A DNA stretch of 64,000 nucleotides from an uncultured Prevotellaceae bacterium. GTDB taxonomy: Bacteria; Bacteroidota; Bacteroidia; Bacteroidales; UBA3663. The notes below the pieces were generated by a model. It did not search any database. It was not told the DNA's origin and worked only from the letters and a program-made list of their open reading frames with translations. Positions 20,094 through 29,217 of the stretch are shown piece by piece. Each line of letters starts with the position of its first letter. The first letter of the stretch is position 1. A program made the translations under genes and the position numbers. The stretch spans positions 37,902 through 101,901 of the forward strand of contig ONNR01000008.1 in the NCBI GenBank assembly GCA_900319235.1, given 5' to 3'.

Positions 20094-21317
20094 ATGAATC
20101 GCAAAAATATCATTCTTGCACTCCTCGTCATCCTGAGTGTCATCACCTTCCTCGATCGTACCTGCATCACCTTCTCGAGCATGGAGATCAAGGCCGACCT
20201 CGGCATTGATCAAAGCGGCTGGGGATGGGTGATGAGCATCTTCACCTTGTCCTACGGCTTGATGCAGATCCCTTTAGGCGCTCTTGGCGACAAGATGGGC
20301 CATCGTTGGATCCTGGCCATCATTGTGCTGTGGTGGTCCGCTTTCACCAGCTTTACGGGATTGGCAGGAGGCCTCATGTCAATGCTGGCCATCCGTTTCT
20401 GCTTCGGAATAGGTGAAGCCGGCGCTTCCCCCTGTTCAACAAGCGTCATCAGCCGATGGTTTGAGAAAGACAAAGTGGGCAAGGCACAGGGCTACGTATG
20501 GGCAGCTACACGTCTCGGAGGCGCTGCCGCTCCGTTCATCGTCATCCCGCTGGTCAACAATCAGGGCTGGCGTTTCTCGTTCTATCTGTTGGGCGCCATC
20601 GGTGTCGTCTGGTCTGTCATCTGGTTCTTTTACTATCGTGACAAAAAACCGCAAGCAACCGCGGTAACCCCACAGGAAACCGCCAATAAAACCTCAGTCA
20701 GAATCCCTTGGTGCACCATCTTCCGAAACAGGCAGTTCTGGATGCTTTGCGCCATGTATTTCTTCTATGCGTTTGGCTCGTGGTTCTTCTTCTCTTGGTT
20801 CCCCGAGTTTATGAAGGCAGGACGTGGCTTCTCAGCCGAACAGTTGAAGTATGCCGTGGCCATTCCCTTCATAATGAGTATGTGTGGAAATATCGCAGGC
20901 GGTTATCTTACAGATAAGCTCACCGCAAAATATGGCATCAAGGTGGGCCGTAAGGCGCTTGGTTCCGTTTGCCTTGCCGTATCGGCAGTTTGTATGGTGC
21001 TCGCTGCGTTCATCCCCGGCAAGATAGCTGTCTTCGTCTTCCTTTCTCTTTGCTTCGGCATCTTCGATCTTATGCTTCCTTCGGCATGGGCGCTTTGCAT
21101 CGATCTGGGCAAGAACTTTGCAGGTTCAATCTCTGGCGCGATGAATACGTTCGGCAATCTTGGCGGATTCTGCTGCATGCTGATGTTCGGCTATCTGCTT
21201 GATGCTACCCACAACTACAATCTTCCCCTTTATATGATTGGTGGCATGTTGATTCTCTCCGCCATCCTTTTTGCTTTCATAAATCCCGAAAAGCCTATCA
21301 TCAATGAAACTAAGTAA
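20094..21317 (+). CDS. MFS transporter (anion:cation symporter / acid-sugar type)
   Basis: 12-TM MFS pattern (FLDR, GALGDKMGHRW). The ATG lies 1 nt after the BKACE stop. Confidence 0.85.
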   Translation: MNRKNIILALLVILSVITFLDRTCITFSSMEIKADLGIDQSGWGWVMSIFTLSYGLMQIPLGALGDKMGHRWILAIIVLWWSAFTSFTGLAGGLMSMLAIRFCFGIGEAGASPCSTSVISRWFEKDKVGKAQGYVWAATRLGGAAAPFIVIPLVNNQGWRFSFYLLGAIGVVWSVIWFFYYRDKKPQATAVTPQETANKTSVRIPWCTIFRNRQFWMLCAMYFFYAFGSWFFFSWFPEFMKAGRGFSAEQLKYAVAIPFIMSMCGNIAGGYLTDKLTAKYGIKVGRKALGSVCLAVSAVCMVLAAFIPGKIAVFVFLSLCFGIFDLMLPSAWALCIDLGKNFAGSISGAMNTFGNLGGFCCMLMFGYLLDATHNYNLPLYMIGGMLILSAILFAFINPEKPIINETK

Positions 21318-22536
21318 TTTGCATCCAACGACGCGTATGGTCGTCTTCGACGATGATCCGACAGGCATCCAAACCGTACATGGTTGTCTGCTGGTCACCG
21401 ATTGGAGCGACGACAACATCCGTATGGCAATGCGCGACGAGGTTCCATTCTTCTATATCCTGACTAATACGCGTGCGCTTACGGCCGAAGCAGCTCGCAA
21501 GACATTGACCACAGCCCTCGAAACCGTCATCCGCGTAAATCAGGAATTTGGTTATCGTCTCATCTGTGTCAGTCGTAGTGACTCCTGTCTGCGGGGACAT
21601 TTCCCGTTGGAGCCCAATGTGATGCGCGAAGTCTTGATGAAGCATGGTTACAAGGTTTGGCCAAAGATTCCTTTTGCACCTGCCTTCATCGAAAGCGGGC
21701 GCTTTACGATTGATGGTACACACTATATGCGCGATGGAGAACGGCTTATTCCGGTCTCTGAAAGCGAATTTGCACGCGATAATGTCTTTGGATACAAGCA
21801 TTCTCATCTCGTGGATTATATCAAGGAGAAAGGAGGAAATCCAGAAGACTACGACATCGTGAATGCCCAGAACTATGAAGAATTGAATTCCTTCCGTGAT
21901 GCCCTATTTGCCGAATTGGAAGGGGAGGAGTGTACTGTCGTGATTCGTAGTTCCTCTTCGTTGCCTCGTTCTATGAGCGGCATAGCCGAAAAGCCCTTCC
22001 TCACACGCGAGGATTTGGGAATCCAGGCGAATGGAACAGGTATCTTCATCGTGGGTTCGCATGTGAAGAAGACCACAGAGCAACTTAGTAATCTGCTCAA
22101 GTTATCCAGTGTAAAAGGTATCGAATTGCCGATTGATGACATCCTCAATCATTCCGATGCCCTTATATCCAGGACCTTGGAATCCATCAAGTCATTATCT
22201 TCCAATGGAATCACGCCAGTAGTTTATACTGCGCGCAAGGAGGTTCGTATCGAAGATGCATCACAACGCCTTAGTTTGGGACAAACTGTTTCGGAGTTCC
22301 TTGTTGATATTGTCCGTCAACTTCCTATCCATCCCAATTATATTGTAGCAAAGGGTGGTATCACAAGTCATGACATCTTGACCAAGGGCCTCGCAGTCAA
22401 GACGGCTCGTGTGATGGGCCAGGTCATCAACAGCGTTCCATGTGTGATGACCGAACGCTTCCCCTACATTATCTTCCCCGGAAATGTGGGTGGTCCGCGC
22501 TCATTGGAAGATATATATAAGGTAATAGCACTCTGA
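21304..22536 (+). CDS. four-carbon acid sugar kinase family protein (DUF1537; OtnK/DtnK-like)
   Basis: N-terminal VVFDDDPTGIQTVHG motif and two-domain size (410 aa). Overlaps the MFS gene by 14 nt. Confidence 0.8.
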   Translation: MKLSNLHPTTRMVVFDDDPTGIQTVHGCLLVTDWSDDNIRMAMRDEVPFFYILTNTRALTAEAARKTLTTALETVIRVNQEFGYRLICVSRSDSCLRGHFPLEPNVMREVLMKHGYKVWPKIPFAPAFIESGRFTIDGTHYMRDGERLIPVSESEFARDNVFGYKHSHLVDYIKEKGGNPEDYDIVNAQNYEELNSFRDALFAELEGEECTVVIRSSSSLPRSMSGIAEKPFLTREDLGIQANGTGIFIVGSHVKKTTEQLSNLLKLSSVKGIELPIDDILNHSDALISRTLESIKSLSSNGITPVVYTARKEVRIEDASQRLSLGQTVSEFLVDIVRQLPIHPNYIVAKGGITSHDILTKGLAVKTARVMGQVINSVPCVMTERFPYIIFPGNVGGPRSLEDIYKVIAL

Positions 22537-22935
22537 CGGCCGTCAAAGTGCTATTTCTTGTAGAAACCAGTATTTGTCGGCCGTTAGAGTGCTATTTCCT
22601 ATAGAATCCAACATTGTGACGGCCGTCATAGTGCTATTTCTTGAAGAATCCAACATTGTGACGGCCGTCATAGTGCTATTTCTTGAAGAATCCAACATTG
22701 TGATGGCCGTCAGAGTGCTATTTCCAATAGAATTCAACATTATGACGGCCGTCAGAGTGCTATTTCCTATAGAATTCAACATTATGACGGCCGTCAGAGT
22801 GCTATTTCCTATAGAATTCAACATTATGACGGCCGTCAGAGTGCTCAATCTGTTTGCGGAAGCATCCTGACGGCCGTTAGAGTGCTAAATTCTAAAGAAG
22901 TAAGTATCCTGATGCCCGACAGAGTGCTTACATAC
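22535..22935. repeat. tandem array of ten 41-42-bp units with core TGACGGCCGTCAGAGTGCTATTTC
   Basis: Unit starts at 22535, 22576, 22618, 22660, 22702, 22744, 22786, 22828, 22869 and 22911. Copies 3=4 and 6=7 are identical. The edge copies are degenerate. Confidence 0.95.
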
Positions 22936-23584
22936 CAAGGAAACTGCGTAATCCCTTCACCCCAAGTACAGGCGACGAAAGGACAGGCTTTCCGGTTATT
23001 TCTGACAAGCGTTTTTCCATACGAGCCATGGAACCTTGAGCCAAAACGAACAGATCCACTTTATCAGCAATGCGAGCAGCAGCCTCGGCAATGAGGCGGT
23101 CGTGGGTAGCACCGTCACCGCTTTGTCCAGCTGCAAATGCTCCATCGGCAAGACCTTCAACAAGTTCCACTTCGGTTCCAGCCTCCTTGGCACAGGCAAG
23201 GAGCAGACGGCACGTAGGATCGAGCGTGGTAGGTAGGGTAGAAATCACTCCGATGCGCTTGGCCTCACGCACGGCCTTCTCAGCCATCGGGCGATCGATG
23301 CGGAACACGGGAACTCGTGCAATCTTGTTTCCAAGATCGGCCACATCACCAACCGAAGAACAGGTATTGAAAATCACATCTGCACCCGAATCAGCGGCAG
23401 CATTATAATAATCGAGCAAACGGCGGCATACGGCAGGAGTTACTGCATTGTTGGCAATCACTTCCTTGATGAGTGAACTCTCGGCGATATGCTCAACCTG
23501 CACCTCTGGAAAGTATTCGTGGAAAATCTCAGTTAATGGCCCCACCAGAGCCATTGCGGTGTGTACGCAAACAACTTTTTTCAT
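22928..23584 (-). CDS. Asp/Glu/hydantoin racemase family protein
   Basis: About 218 aa. The two-lobed pattern, with NTCSS and a second Cys-region, is typical of PF01177-type racemases/isomerases. Start at MKKVVCVH. Confidence 0.7.
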   Translation of the reverse strand: MKKVVCVHTAMALVGPLTEIFHEYFPEVQVEHIAESSLIKEVIANNAVTPAVCRRLLDYYNAAADSGADVIFNTCSSVGDVADLGNKIARVPVFRIDRPMAEKAVREAKRIGVISTLPTTLDPTCRLLLACAKEAGTEVELVEGLADGAFAAGQSGDGATHDRLIAEAAARIADKVDLFVLAQGSMARMEKRLSEITGKPVLSSPVLGVKGLRSFLGM

Positions 23585-23710
23585 AATATAATAATGTGTT
23601 AAGGTGTGTAATAATGCCGCAAAGATATAGAAAAATACAATGATTTGCAAATTTTTACCAATATTTCTGAAATTTAACCCTCAAAATTTGGATGATTCTT
23701 CAATTTGCCA

Positions 23711-23718
23711 TATCTTTG
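23711..23718 (+). promoter_or_regulatory. -7 box TATCTTTG
   Basis: TAnnTTTG 29 nt upstream of ATG 23747. Confidence 0.6.
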
Positions 23719-23746
23719 CAGCCACAAAATTCATTAAATAATTATT

Positions 23747-24493
23747 ATGAAATACTTTTATTCTATTCTACTTTCAGCATTTGCAGCAATCGCTTTGACC
23801 TCTTGTCTTGGCGATTCGGATGAATCCGAAAACACCTACACGGCATACGGTTATTACACCATTACTGGTAACTTCAATTCAAGTTATACTCTCTATAGCG
23901 ATTTGGGAGGCAAGGTCATTCCAACTATGTCGAGTGTCGCTCAATTGACTGATAACAAGGGTTTTGGCAATCACTCTCGTGCTATGCTTTATTTCACCTA
24001 CAAGCCTTCTCAGGTGTCGCAGGATCAGCAGACCATCACTGGAGCTGAACTCTATGACGGCAGATATTTCGACGAGTATTTGCCCCTGAGCAAGCAGAAG
24101 GCCGACGAGGCTCTTGTCACCGCTACCGACAGCATCTTCCAAATCAGGGAGCTGAATGACGTCTGGGCTTATCGTGGCTATCTCAATACTGTGATCAATG
24201 CAACCTATTCGTCTGTCAATGGTGTCAACGTCAAGCCAACCGTCAATCTCGTCTATGATCCCGCAACGATTACAGAGAATGCTATCACATTCAACATATA
24301 TTTCAATCGTCATAGCGACCAGAACGCCACCTCCAACGGCCCCGTCTATTTCTACACCTCTCACTACCTGAACTTCATCGATGAACTCGTCCCCGGCTCT
24401 GGCGATGTCACCATCACCATTAAGGCTAGCGACACTGTATCGAAGCAGATTAAAGTCTCCCGCCAGAATTTCCACACTGGCAACTACGAATAA
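23747..24493 (+). CDS. lipoprotein of unknown function (possibly NigD-like)
   Basis: Lipobox ALTSC followed by acidic DSDESE. Beta-rich 248-aa body. The NigD-like assignment rests only on size and layout. Confidence 0.6.
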   Translation: MKYFYSILLSAFAAIALTSCLGDSDESENTYTAYGYYTITGNFNSSYTLYSDLGGKVIPTMSSVAQLTDNKGFGNHSRAMLYFTYKPSQVSQDQQTITGAELYDGRYFDEYLPLSKQKADEALVTATDSIFQIRELNDVWAYRGYLNTVINATYSSVNGVNVKPTVNLVYDPATITENAITFNIYFNRHSDQNATSNGPVYFYTSHYLNFIDELVPGSGDVTITIKASDTVSKQIKVSRQNFHTGNYE

Positions 24494-24517
24494 GATTTAT
24501 CTCTTCACCATAAACTG

Positions 24518-24558
24518 ACCGAAGATGTCTTTTTGTAGACATTTTCGGTTCTTTTTTT
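24518..24558 (+). terminator. rho-independent terminator
   Basis: 13-bp stem ACCGAAGATGTCT / AGACATTTTCGGT (1 mismatch), then TCTTTTTTTG. Confidence 0.8.
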
Positions 24559-24590
24559 GTTAAATCCTTTTGGAATATAGTTTTTTTAGT

Positions 24591-24598
24591 TATCTTTG
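24591..24598 (+). promoter_or_regulatory. -7 box TATCTTTG
   Basis: TAnnTTTG 21 nt upstream of ATG 24619. Confidence 0.6.
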
Positions 24599-24618
24599 CA
24601 GCGTGTTTGCAAAAATAT

Positions 24619-25191
24619 ATGCCAGATAAACTAACTCCGGAACAGCGCCACAAGTGCATGAGCCGCATTCGTGGCAAGGATACCAAACCCGAACTATGGG
24701 TTAGGAAGTATCTATATGCCCATGGCTTCAGGTATCGTCTGCATGAGAAACGTCTGCCTGGCAAGCCCGACATCGTGATACGTCGTCTCCGCACGGTCAT
24801 CCTCGTGAACGGATGCTTCTGGCATGGTCATACCGAGCCGCCCTTGCCATCGCCCGTTGAGGACGGAAAGGGAGGTGTGCGTTGCAAATATTATGTGACT
24901 CCGCACACTCGCGTCGATTTCTGGCAAAAGAAAATCGAACGCAACAAGGCGCGTGACCTTGAAGATCGAAATGCATTGAAACTTCTTGGCTGGAATGTCA
25001 TCGTCATTTGGGAATGCCAAGTTAATCAGGCGGAGATTAGGGAACAAACCCTTCAAAGCCTGGTTCGGACGCTCAGTCAAATCGAACTTGATATTGCTAA
25101 GATCAAACGTCCAGCTGTAAAGAAATATGATTTCGAAGAAGAACAGCCTTACAGTTTGGTTGCAGATGAAAACGATAATCCTTCTTTATAA
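24619..25191 (+). CDS. vsr: very short patch repair endonuclease
   Basis: TKPEL..R..L...G.RYR, PG.PDIV and VNGCFWHGH motifs of Vsr. Contains an extra segment after WHGH and a roughly 50-aa C-terminal tail. Confidence 0.85.
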   Translation: MPDKLTPEQRHKCMSRIRGKDTKPELWVRKYLYAHGFRYRLHEKRLPGKPDIVIRRLRTVILVNGCFWHGHTEPPLPSPVEDGKGGVRCKYYVTPHTRVDFWQKKIERNKARDLEDRNALKLLGWNVIVIWECQVNQAEIREQTLQSLVRTLSQIELDIAKIKRPAVKKYDFEEEQPYSLVADENDNPSL

Positions 25192-25206
25192 TTGAATTTG
25201 ATTAAA

Positions 25207-26091
25207 ATGAAACAGAGCACACTTTTCCTTGCAGCAGCAACAATGTTGCTGGCATCATGCTCAACACAACCAAAAGTTGAAAGTGGGTACATACCAGTAA
25301 TGAATGGAGGTCAAATTTATTACGAAGCAGTAGGAGAGGGGACCCCCGTGATTCTCCTTCATGGTCACACACTCGACCTGCGTATGTGGGACCCACAGGT
25401 GAAACCATTGCTTGAAGCGGGTTATCGCGTGATTCGTCCCGAGATGCGCGGCTACGGACACTCGTCGAAGCAACAGCCTGACCAGCAGTTCACACATCTC
25501 GACGATATGATGACTGTGATGGATTCGCTTCATATCGCAAAGGCACACGTGGTTGGTCTCTCTATGGGATCGTTTGTGGCCAGCGAGATGGTGGCTATGC
25601 ACTCCGACAGGTTGCTGACAGCTACCCTTGCCTCGGGTAATATCCGCAATATGCCTGGCCCCTCGACACCATTCGATAGCCTCGAACTGGCACGCAAGGA
25701 TTCGATCATTGCCCAAAACCTGGCACAGGGCATCGACAAATGGAAAGAGGAATGGATTGAGAAACTGGTCAGCGGAGGTGGCTCCAATCGTGAAGCCATT
25801 CGAGAATCGGTTACCCAACAGGTGAATGATTGGGACGGGTGGCAATTGATCAACCGCGAGATGCGCAACTATTATGGCTACGAGGCATGGGACACGCTCA
25901 AGGCTCGCCAACCCGAGATTCCTGTCCTAATCCTCTCGGGGGAGAAGGAAGGGAAGGGCAAGAATCCTATGCTGCAGTACCTGCCCAACAGTCGCCAGGT
26001 CATCATTCCAGACTGCGGACATATGTCGAACATGGAGAAGCCAGACGAGTTCACAAGGCTGATTCTGGAACAATTCAAATTCGCTCAATAA
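25207..26091 (+). CDS. alpha/beta hydrolase lipoprotein
   Basis: Lipobox LLASC, HG oxyanion LLHGHT, nucleophile elbow GLSMGS and C-terminal GHM. Confidence 0.8.
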   Translation: MKQSTLFLAAATMLLASCSTQPKVESGYIPVMNGGQIYYEAVGEGTPVILLHGHTLDLRMWDPQVKPLLEAGYRVIRPEMRGYGHSSKQQPDQQFTHLDDMMTVMDSLHIAKAHVVGLSMGSFVASEMVAMHSDRLLTATLASGNIRNMPGPSTPFDSLELARKDSIIAQNLAQGIDKWKEEWIEKLVSGGGSNREAIRESVTQQVNDWDGWQLINREMRNYYGYEAWDTLKARQPEIPVLILSGEKEGKGKNPMLQYLPNSRQVIIPDCGHMSNMEKPDEFTRLILEQFKFAQ

Positions 26092-26107
26092 GTGATAAAA
26101 AAAATAA

Positions 26108-26140
26108 CCACCGCCTTTTAATTGGGCGGTGGCTTGTTTT
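26108..26140 (+). terminator. rho-independent terminator
   Basis: CCACCGCC-loop-GGCGGTGG followed by CTTGTTTTT. Confidence 0.7.
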
Positions 26141-27348
26141 TATCCTCTCTTCATCTTGTCATGCCATTCGGAGGTGATTGTGAAGATGGCATCGCCACTT
26201 GAGTTTAGAGCGGTTTCGACAGAATCCTGCACGACGCCAATGATGAAGCCTACGGCAACGGCCTCCATCGCGATGTCATTGGAGATGCCAAAGAGTGAGC
26301 AGGTCATAGGGATGAGAAGCAGCGAACCGCCAGCCACACCTGATGTGCCACAGGCAGCAAGTGCAGCCAGGATGCTAAGCAGGATGGCCGACATGAAGCT
26401 TACTTCGATGCCGAGTGTGTAACAAGTCGCCAATGTCATCACCGTGATGGTGACGGCAGCACCATCCATATTGATGGTCGAGCCGAGAGGAATACTTACA
26501 GAGTAGAATTTCTCATCGATACCGAATTTCTTGCAAAGCTGCATATTGATGGGAATGTTGGCAGCCGACGAACGGGTGAAGAACGCATGGATGCCACTTT
26601 CCTTCAAGCATGTCCAAACCAATGGATACGGATTTCGACGAATGAACAGAGAAACGATGAATGGATTGATGACAAGCGAAGAGAAAAGCATACAACCCAC
26701 CAAGAGCAGCAGCAACTTTCCATAAACGGTGAAAATTTCCATACCGCTTTCCGAAACCGACGTGAACACCAGGCCGAAGATTCCGAAAGGCGCGAACTGG
26801 ATGATCCAACGTACAACTGTCGAGGTAGCTTCGGCAAAATCTGCTACAGCATCCAATGTGGCAGGTGAAGCAAGTTGTTTGAGCGCTAGACCGATGATGA
26901 TCGCCCAGAAGAGCACTCCCAGATAGTTTGCATTCGCTACAGCCATCACCGGGTTGGCAACCATATTCGTCAGCAGATTCGAGAACACATCGACAAGGGC
27001 TCCTGGTGCAGAATCAGAGGCAGCACCTTCCTTCAGCACCATCGAAACGGGGAAAAGGAAACTGCCCACCACAGCCACGATGGCCGCAATCATAGTCGTC
27101 ACCAGATAGAGGGTGATGACAGTGCGGAAACGAGGTCCAAGACCACCATTTGCCTGAGCTACTGAACTGGCCACCAGGATGGCTACAAGAACTGGAGCAA
27201 TAGCTTTCAACGCTCCAACAAACAATTGACCGAGAATGGAAATACCAGTCCACTCAGGAAGAAACAGGCCCAGGATGGTGCCCAGCACGAGTCCAATCAC
27301 GATGCGCAGCACCAGGCTCGTTTCGGTGTACTTTTTTACGATGCTCAT
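26140..27348 (-). CDS. sstT: serine/threonine:sodium symporter
   Basis: 402-aa DAACS-family transporter with an SstT-like N-terminus and conserved NMDG/ SSAA regions. Confidence 0.85.
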   Translation of the reverse strand: MSIVKKYTETSLVLRIVIGLVLGTILGLFLPEWTGISILGQLFVGALKAIAPVLVAILVASSVAQANGGLGPRFRTVITLYLVTTMIAAIVAVVGSFLFPVSMVLKEGAASDSAPGALVDVFSNLLTNMVANPVMAVANANYLGVLFWAIIIGLALKQLASPATLDAVADFAEATSTVVRWIIQFAPFGIFGLVFTSVSESGMEIFTVYGKLLLLLVGCMLFSSLVINPFIVSLFIRRNPYPLVWTCLKESGIHAFFTRSSAANIPINMQLCKKFGIDEKFYSVSIPLGSTINMDGAAVTITVMTLATCYTLGIEVSFMSAILLSILAALAACGTSGVAGGSLLLIPMTCSLFGISNDIAMEAVAVGFIIGVVQDSVETALNSSGDAIFTITSEWHDKMKRG

Positions 27349-27360
27349 ATTTTACTATTT

Positions 27361-27390
27361 TATCACGAATTATCGAAATAAAGAATTTCT
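27361..27390. repeat. CACGAATTA-family word stutter
   Basis: tatcacgaattatcgaaataaagaatttct, immediately upstream of the sstT start. Confidence 0.6.
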
Positions 27391-27519
27391 TGAAAAGCTT
27401 TTGTTCGATAGGGCGAAACAATGGTGCAAATATACACATTTTCTGTCAATACTTTTATATTTTATTGTGTTTTTTTCATTTTTGACCTTAAAAACCTTTT
27501 TTAATAAGTAAAAAAAGAT

Positions 27520-27527
27520 TATATTTG
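27520..27527 (+). promoter_or_regulatory. -7 box TATATTTG
   Basis: TAnnTTTG 63 nt upstream of ATG 27590. Confidence 0.5.
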
Positions 27528-27589
27528 CAGCGAAATAAACTTGATTTATCGAAATAATCATTAATAAACAATCAAATTTTAATAAGACA

Positions 27590-28825
27590 ATGGCATTCAC
27601 TGAAACTCGAACCACAGGATATGGTTCACGTCTTAGTAATTCCTGCTTGGGAATACCTATGGGTATTTTTCTTTTTGTGGTTGCTACCATCCTGCTGTGG
27701 TGGAACGAAGGACGAGCTGTGCGTCGTGCTCAGGACATCAAGCTGGTTGCCAAGACCGCACAATCCATTGGCGACATCTCGAACGCCAACGCATCACTCG
27801 ACGGCCAGTTGATCCATACTACCGGAACCGCTGCGACCGAAGACATTCTCAGCGATGATCTTTTCGGCATCAAAACAAACGCCTTGGCAATTGTCCGTTC
27901 GGCAGAGTATTACCAATGGATGGAGAAAGAGAAGCATGAAACGAAGAACAAAATGGGTGGAAAGAAGGAAGAGACCATCATCTACACCTACGAAAGAGGT
28001 TGGAGCGCTGATCCCATCAACTCCTCGCAGTTCAAGGACCCCGACTACCAGGGTGTCAACAATGTCATCTGGGAAATCGAGGATATGCGCGTCATCGCCT
28101 CGAATGTTAGTTTCGGTACCTACACACTGCCCGAAATGTTCGTCAGCGACATCGTATCGAAGCAATCCGGCAATGTTTCGCCTCTGATGATTTCGGCCGA
28201 CAATCCTGCGCTGAAGCAACTCAACGAAACTGTGATGAAGGCATTGGGAGAAAATGTTCGTCCGGAAGCTGCTCAGGTGAAGGACAGCCTTGCTTACGTG
28301 CATGTATTCGGTAATCAGGTCTATATCGGCTTCAATCCGTCGAACCCTTCCATCGGTGACATCCGTCTCACCTTTGAGCAACTGGCTCCTAGCTGCAGCA
28401 TTTCGCTGATTGCCGTGCCCACCAACGGAACGTTCACAACCTTCAAGGCCAAGCACGATGATAGCGAATACGAGCTTCGTACCGGCACCTGGACACTCGA
28501 CCAGATGATCAAGCAGGCCAATGACGACAACAATACTATGACCTGGTTCCTCCGTATCCTTGGCGTGATTCTTGTCATTGCTGCCCTCAAGATGATATTC
28601 AGCATCCTCGTCACGCTGCTCCAACTTGTGCCCTTCCTTGCCAGCATCATGAACCTCGGTGTGGGCCTCGTCTGTGGTGTGCTTGGCTTCGTGTGGTCGC
28701 TCATCATCATAGCGATCGCCTGGATTTTCTATCGTCCGATCCTGGGCATTTCCCTGCTCGTCATTGCAGCTGGCCTCGTCTATTGGCTTGTGATCAGGGG
28801 TAAGAAACAACAGGCTGTAGGATGA
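27590..28825 (+). CDS. TMEM43/DUF1625-family membrane protein
   Basis: N-terminal TM followed by WWNEGRAV. Large extracytoplasmic domain and a cluster of C-terminal TM helices, which is the TMEM43-family layout. Confidence 0.7.
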   Translation: MAFTETRTTGYGSRLSNSCLGIPMGIFLFVVATILLWWNEGRAVRRAQDIKLVAKTAQSIGDISNANASLDGQLIHTTGTAATEDILSDDLFGIKTNALAIVRSAEYYQWMEKEKHETKNKMGGKKEETIIYTYERGWSADPINSSQFKDPDYQGVNNVIWEIEDMRVIASNVSFGTYTLPEMFVSDIVSKQSGNVSPLMISADNPALKQLNETVMKALGENVRPEAAQVKDSLAYVHVFGNQVYIGFNPSNPSIGDIRLTFEQLAPSCSISLIAVPTNGTFTTFKAKHDDSEYELRTGTWTLDQMIKQANDDNNTMTWFLRILGVILVIAALKMIFSILVTLLQLVPFLASIMNLGVGLVCGVLGFVWSLIIIAIAWIFYRPILGISLLVIAAGLVYWLVIRGKKQQAVG

Positions 28826-29217
28826 AGCTGATCAGCGGTGTAGCAAGTCTGTTGGCTGGTGCCGTGATCTATCTTCTGTTCCGCAGCAAGAACCTGCTTG
28901 GTTTCGAGTTGCTTAATAGGATAGGGGTGGAGCCATGGGCCGATAGGATGCGCAGCTATACCGCTGATGTCAGGCTTCCCGACGTGGTTGTCAATTCCTT
29001 GCCCGGAGGTCTCTGGGCATTGGGATACATCCTTGTCATCGACAGCATATTCGGCAATCAGTCACGTTCCACGCGCATCGTCTGGGCATCGGTCATTCCC
29101 CTGCTTGGCGTATGCTCCGAAGTGATGCAAGGCGTTGGCCTCCTTCCTGGCGTCTTCGACCTGTGGGACCTCTTCTGCTATGCTTTACCATTCATTATTT
29201 TTGTTACAAGAATATGA
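28822..29217 (+). CDS. small polytopic membrane protein, unknown family
   Basis: 131 aa with 4 predicted hydrophobic helices. ATGA overlaps with both neighbours. Confidence 0.55.
   Translation: MKLISGVASLLAGAVIYLLFRSKNLLGFELLNRIGVEPWADRMRSYTADVRLPDVVVNSLPGGLWALGYILVIDSIFGNQSRSTRIVWASVIPLLGVCSEVMQGVGLLPGVFDLWDLFCYALPFIIFVTRI

Noticed and set aside
22543-22870. ORFs of 101 aa (-) and 98 aa (+) running through the 42-bp array, with 14-aa periodic sequences.
   Set aside because: The period of 42 is divisible by 3, so any stop-free unit stays open in several frames on both strands. The ORFs have no credible start context and lie between two convergent stop codons.
22535-22935. CRISPR array interpretation of the 42-bp repeats (24-nt 'repeat' plus 18-nt 'spacer').
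   Set aside because: The 'spacers' are far too short and are themselves repeated (only two sub-variants). No cas genes or leader are present. This is a tandem repeat, not a CRISPR array.
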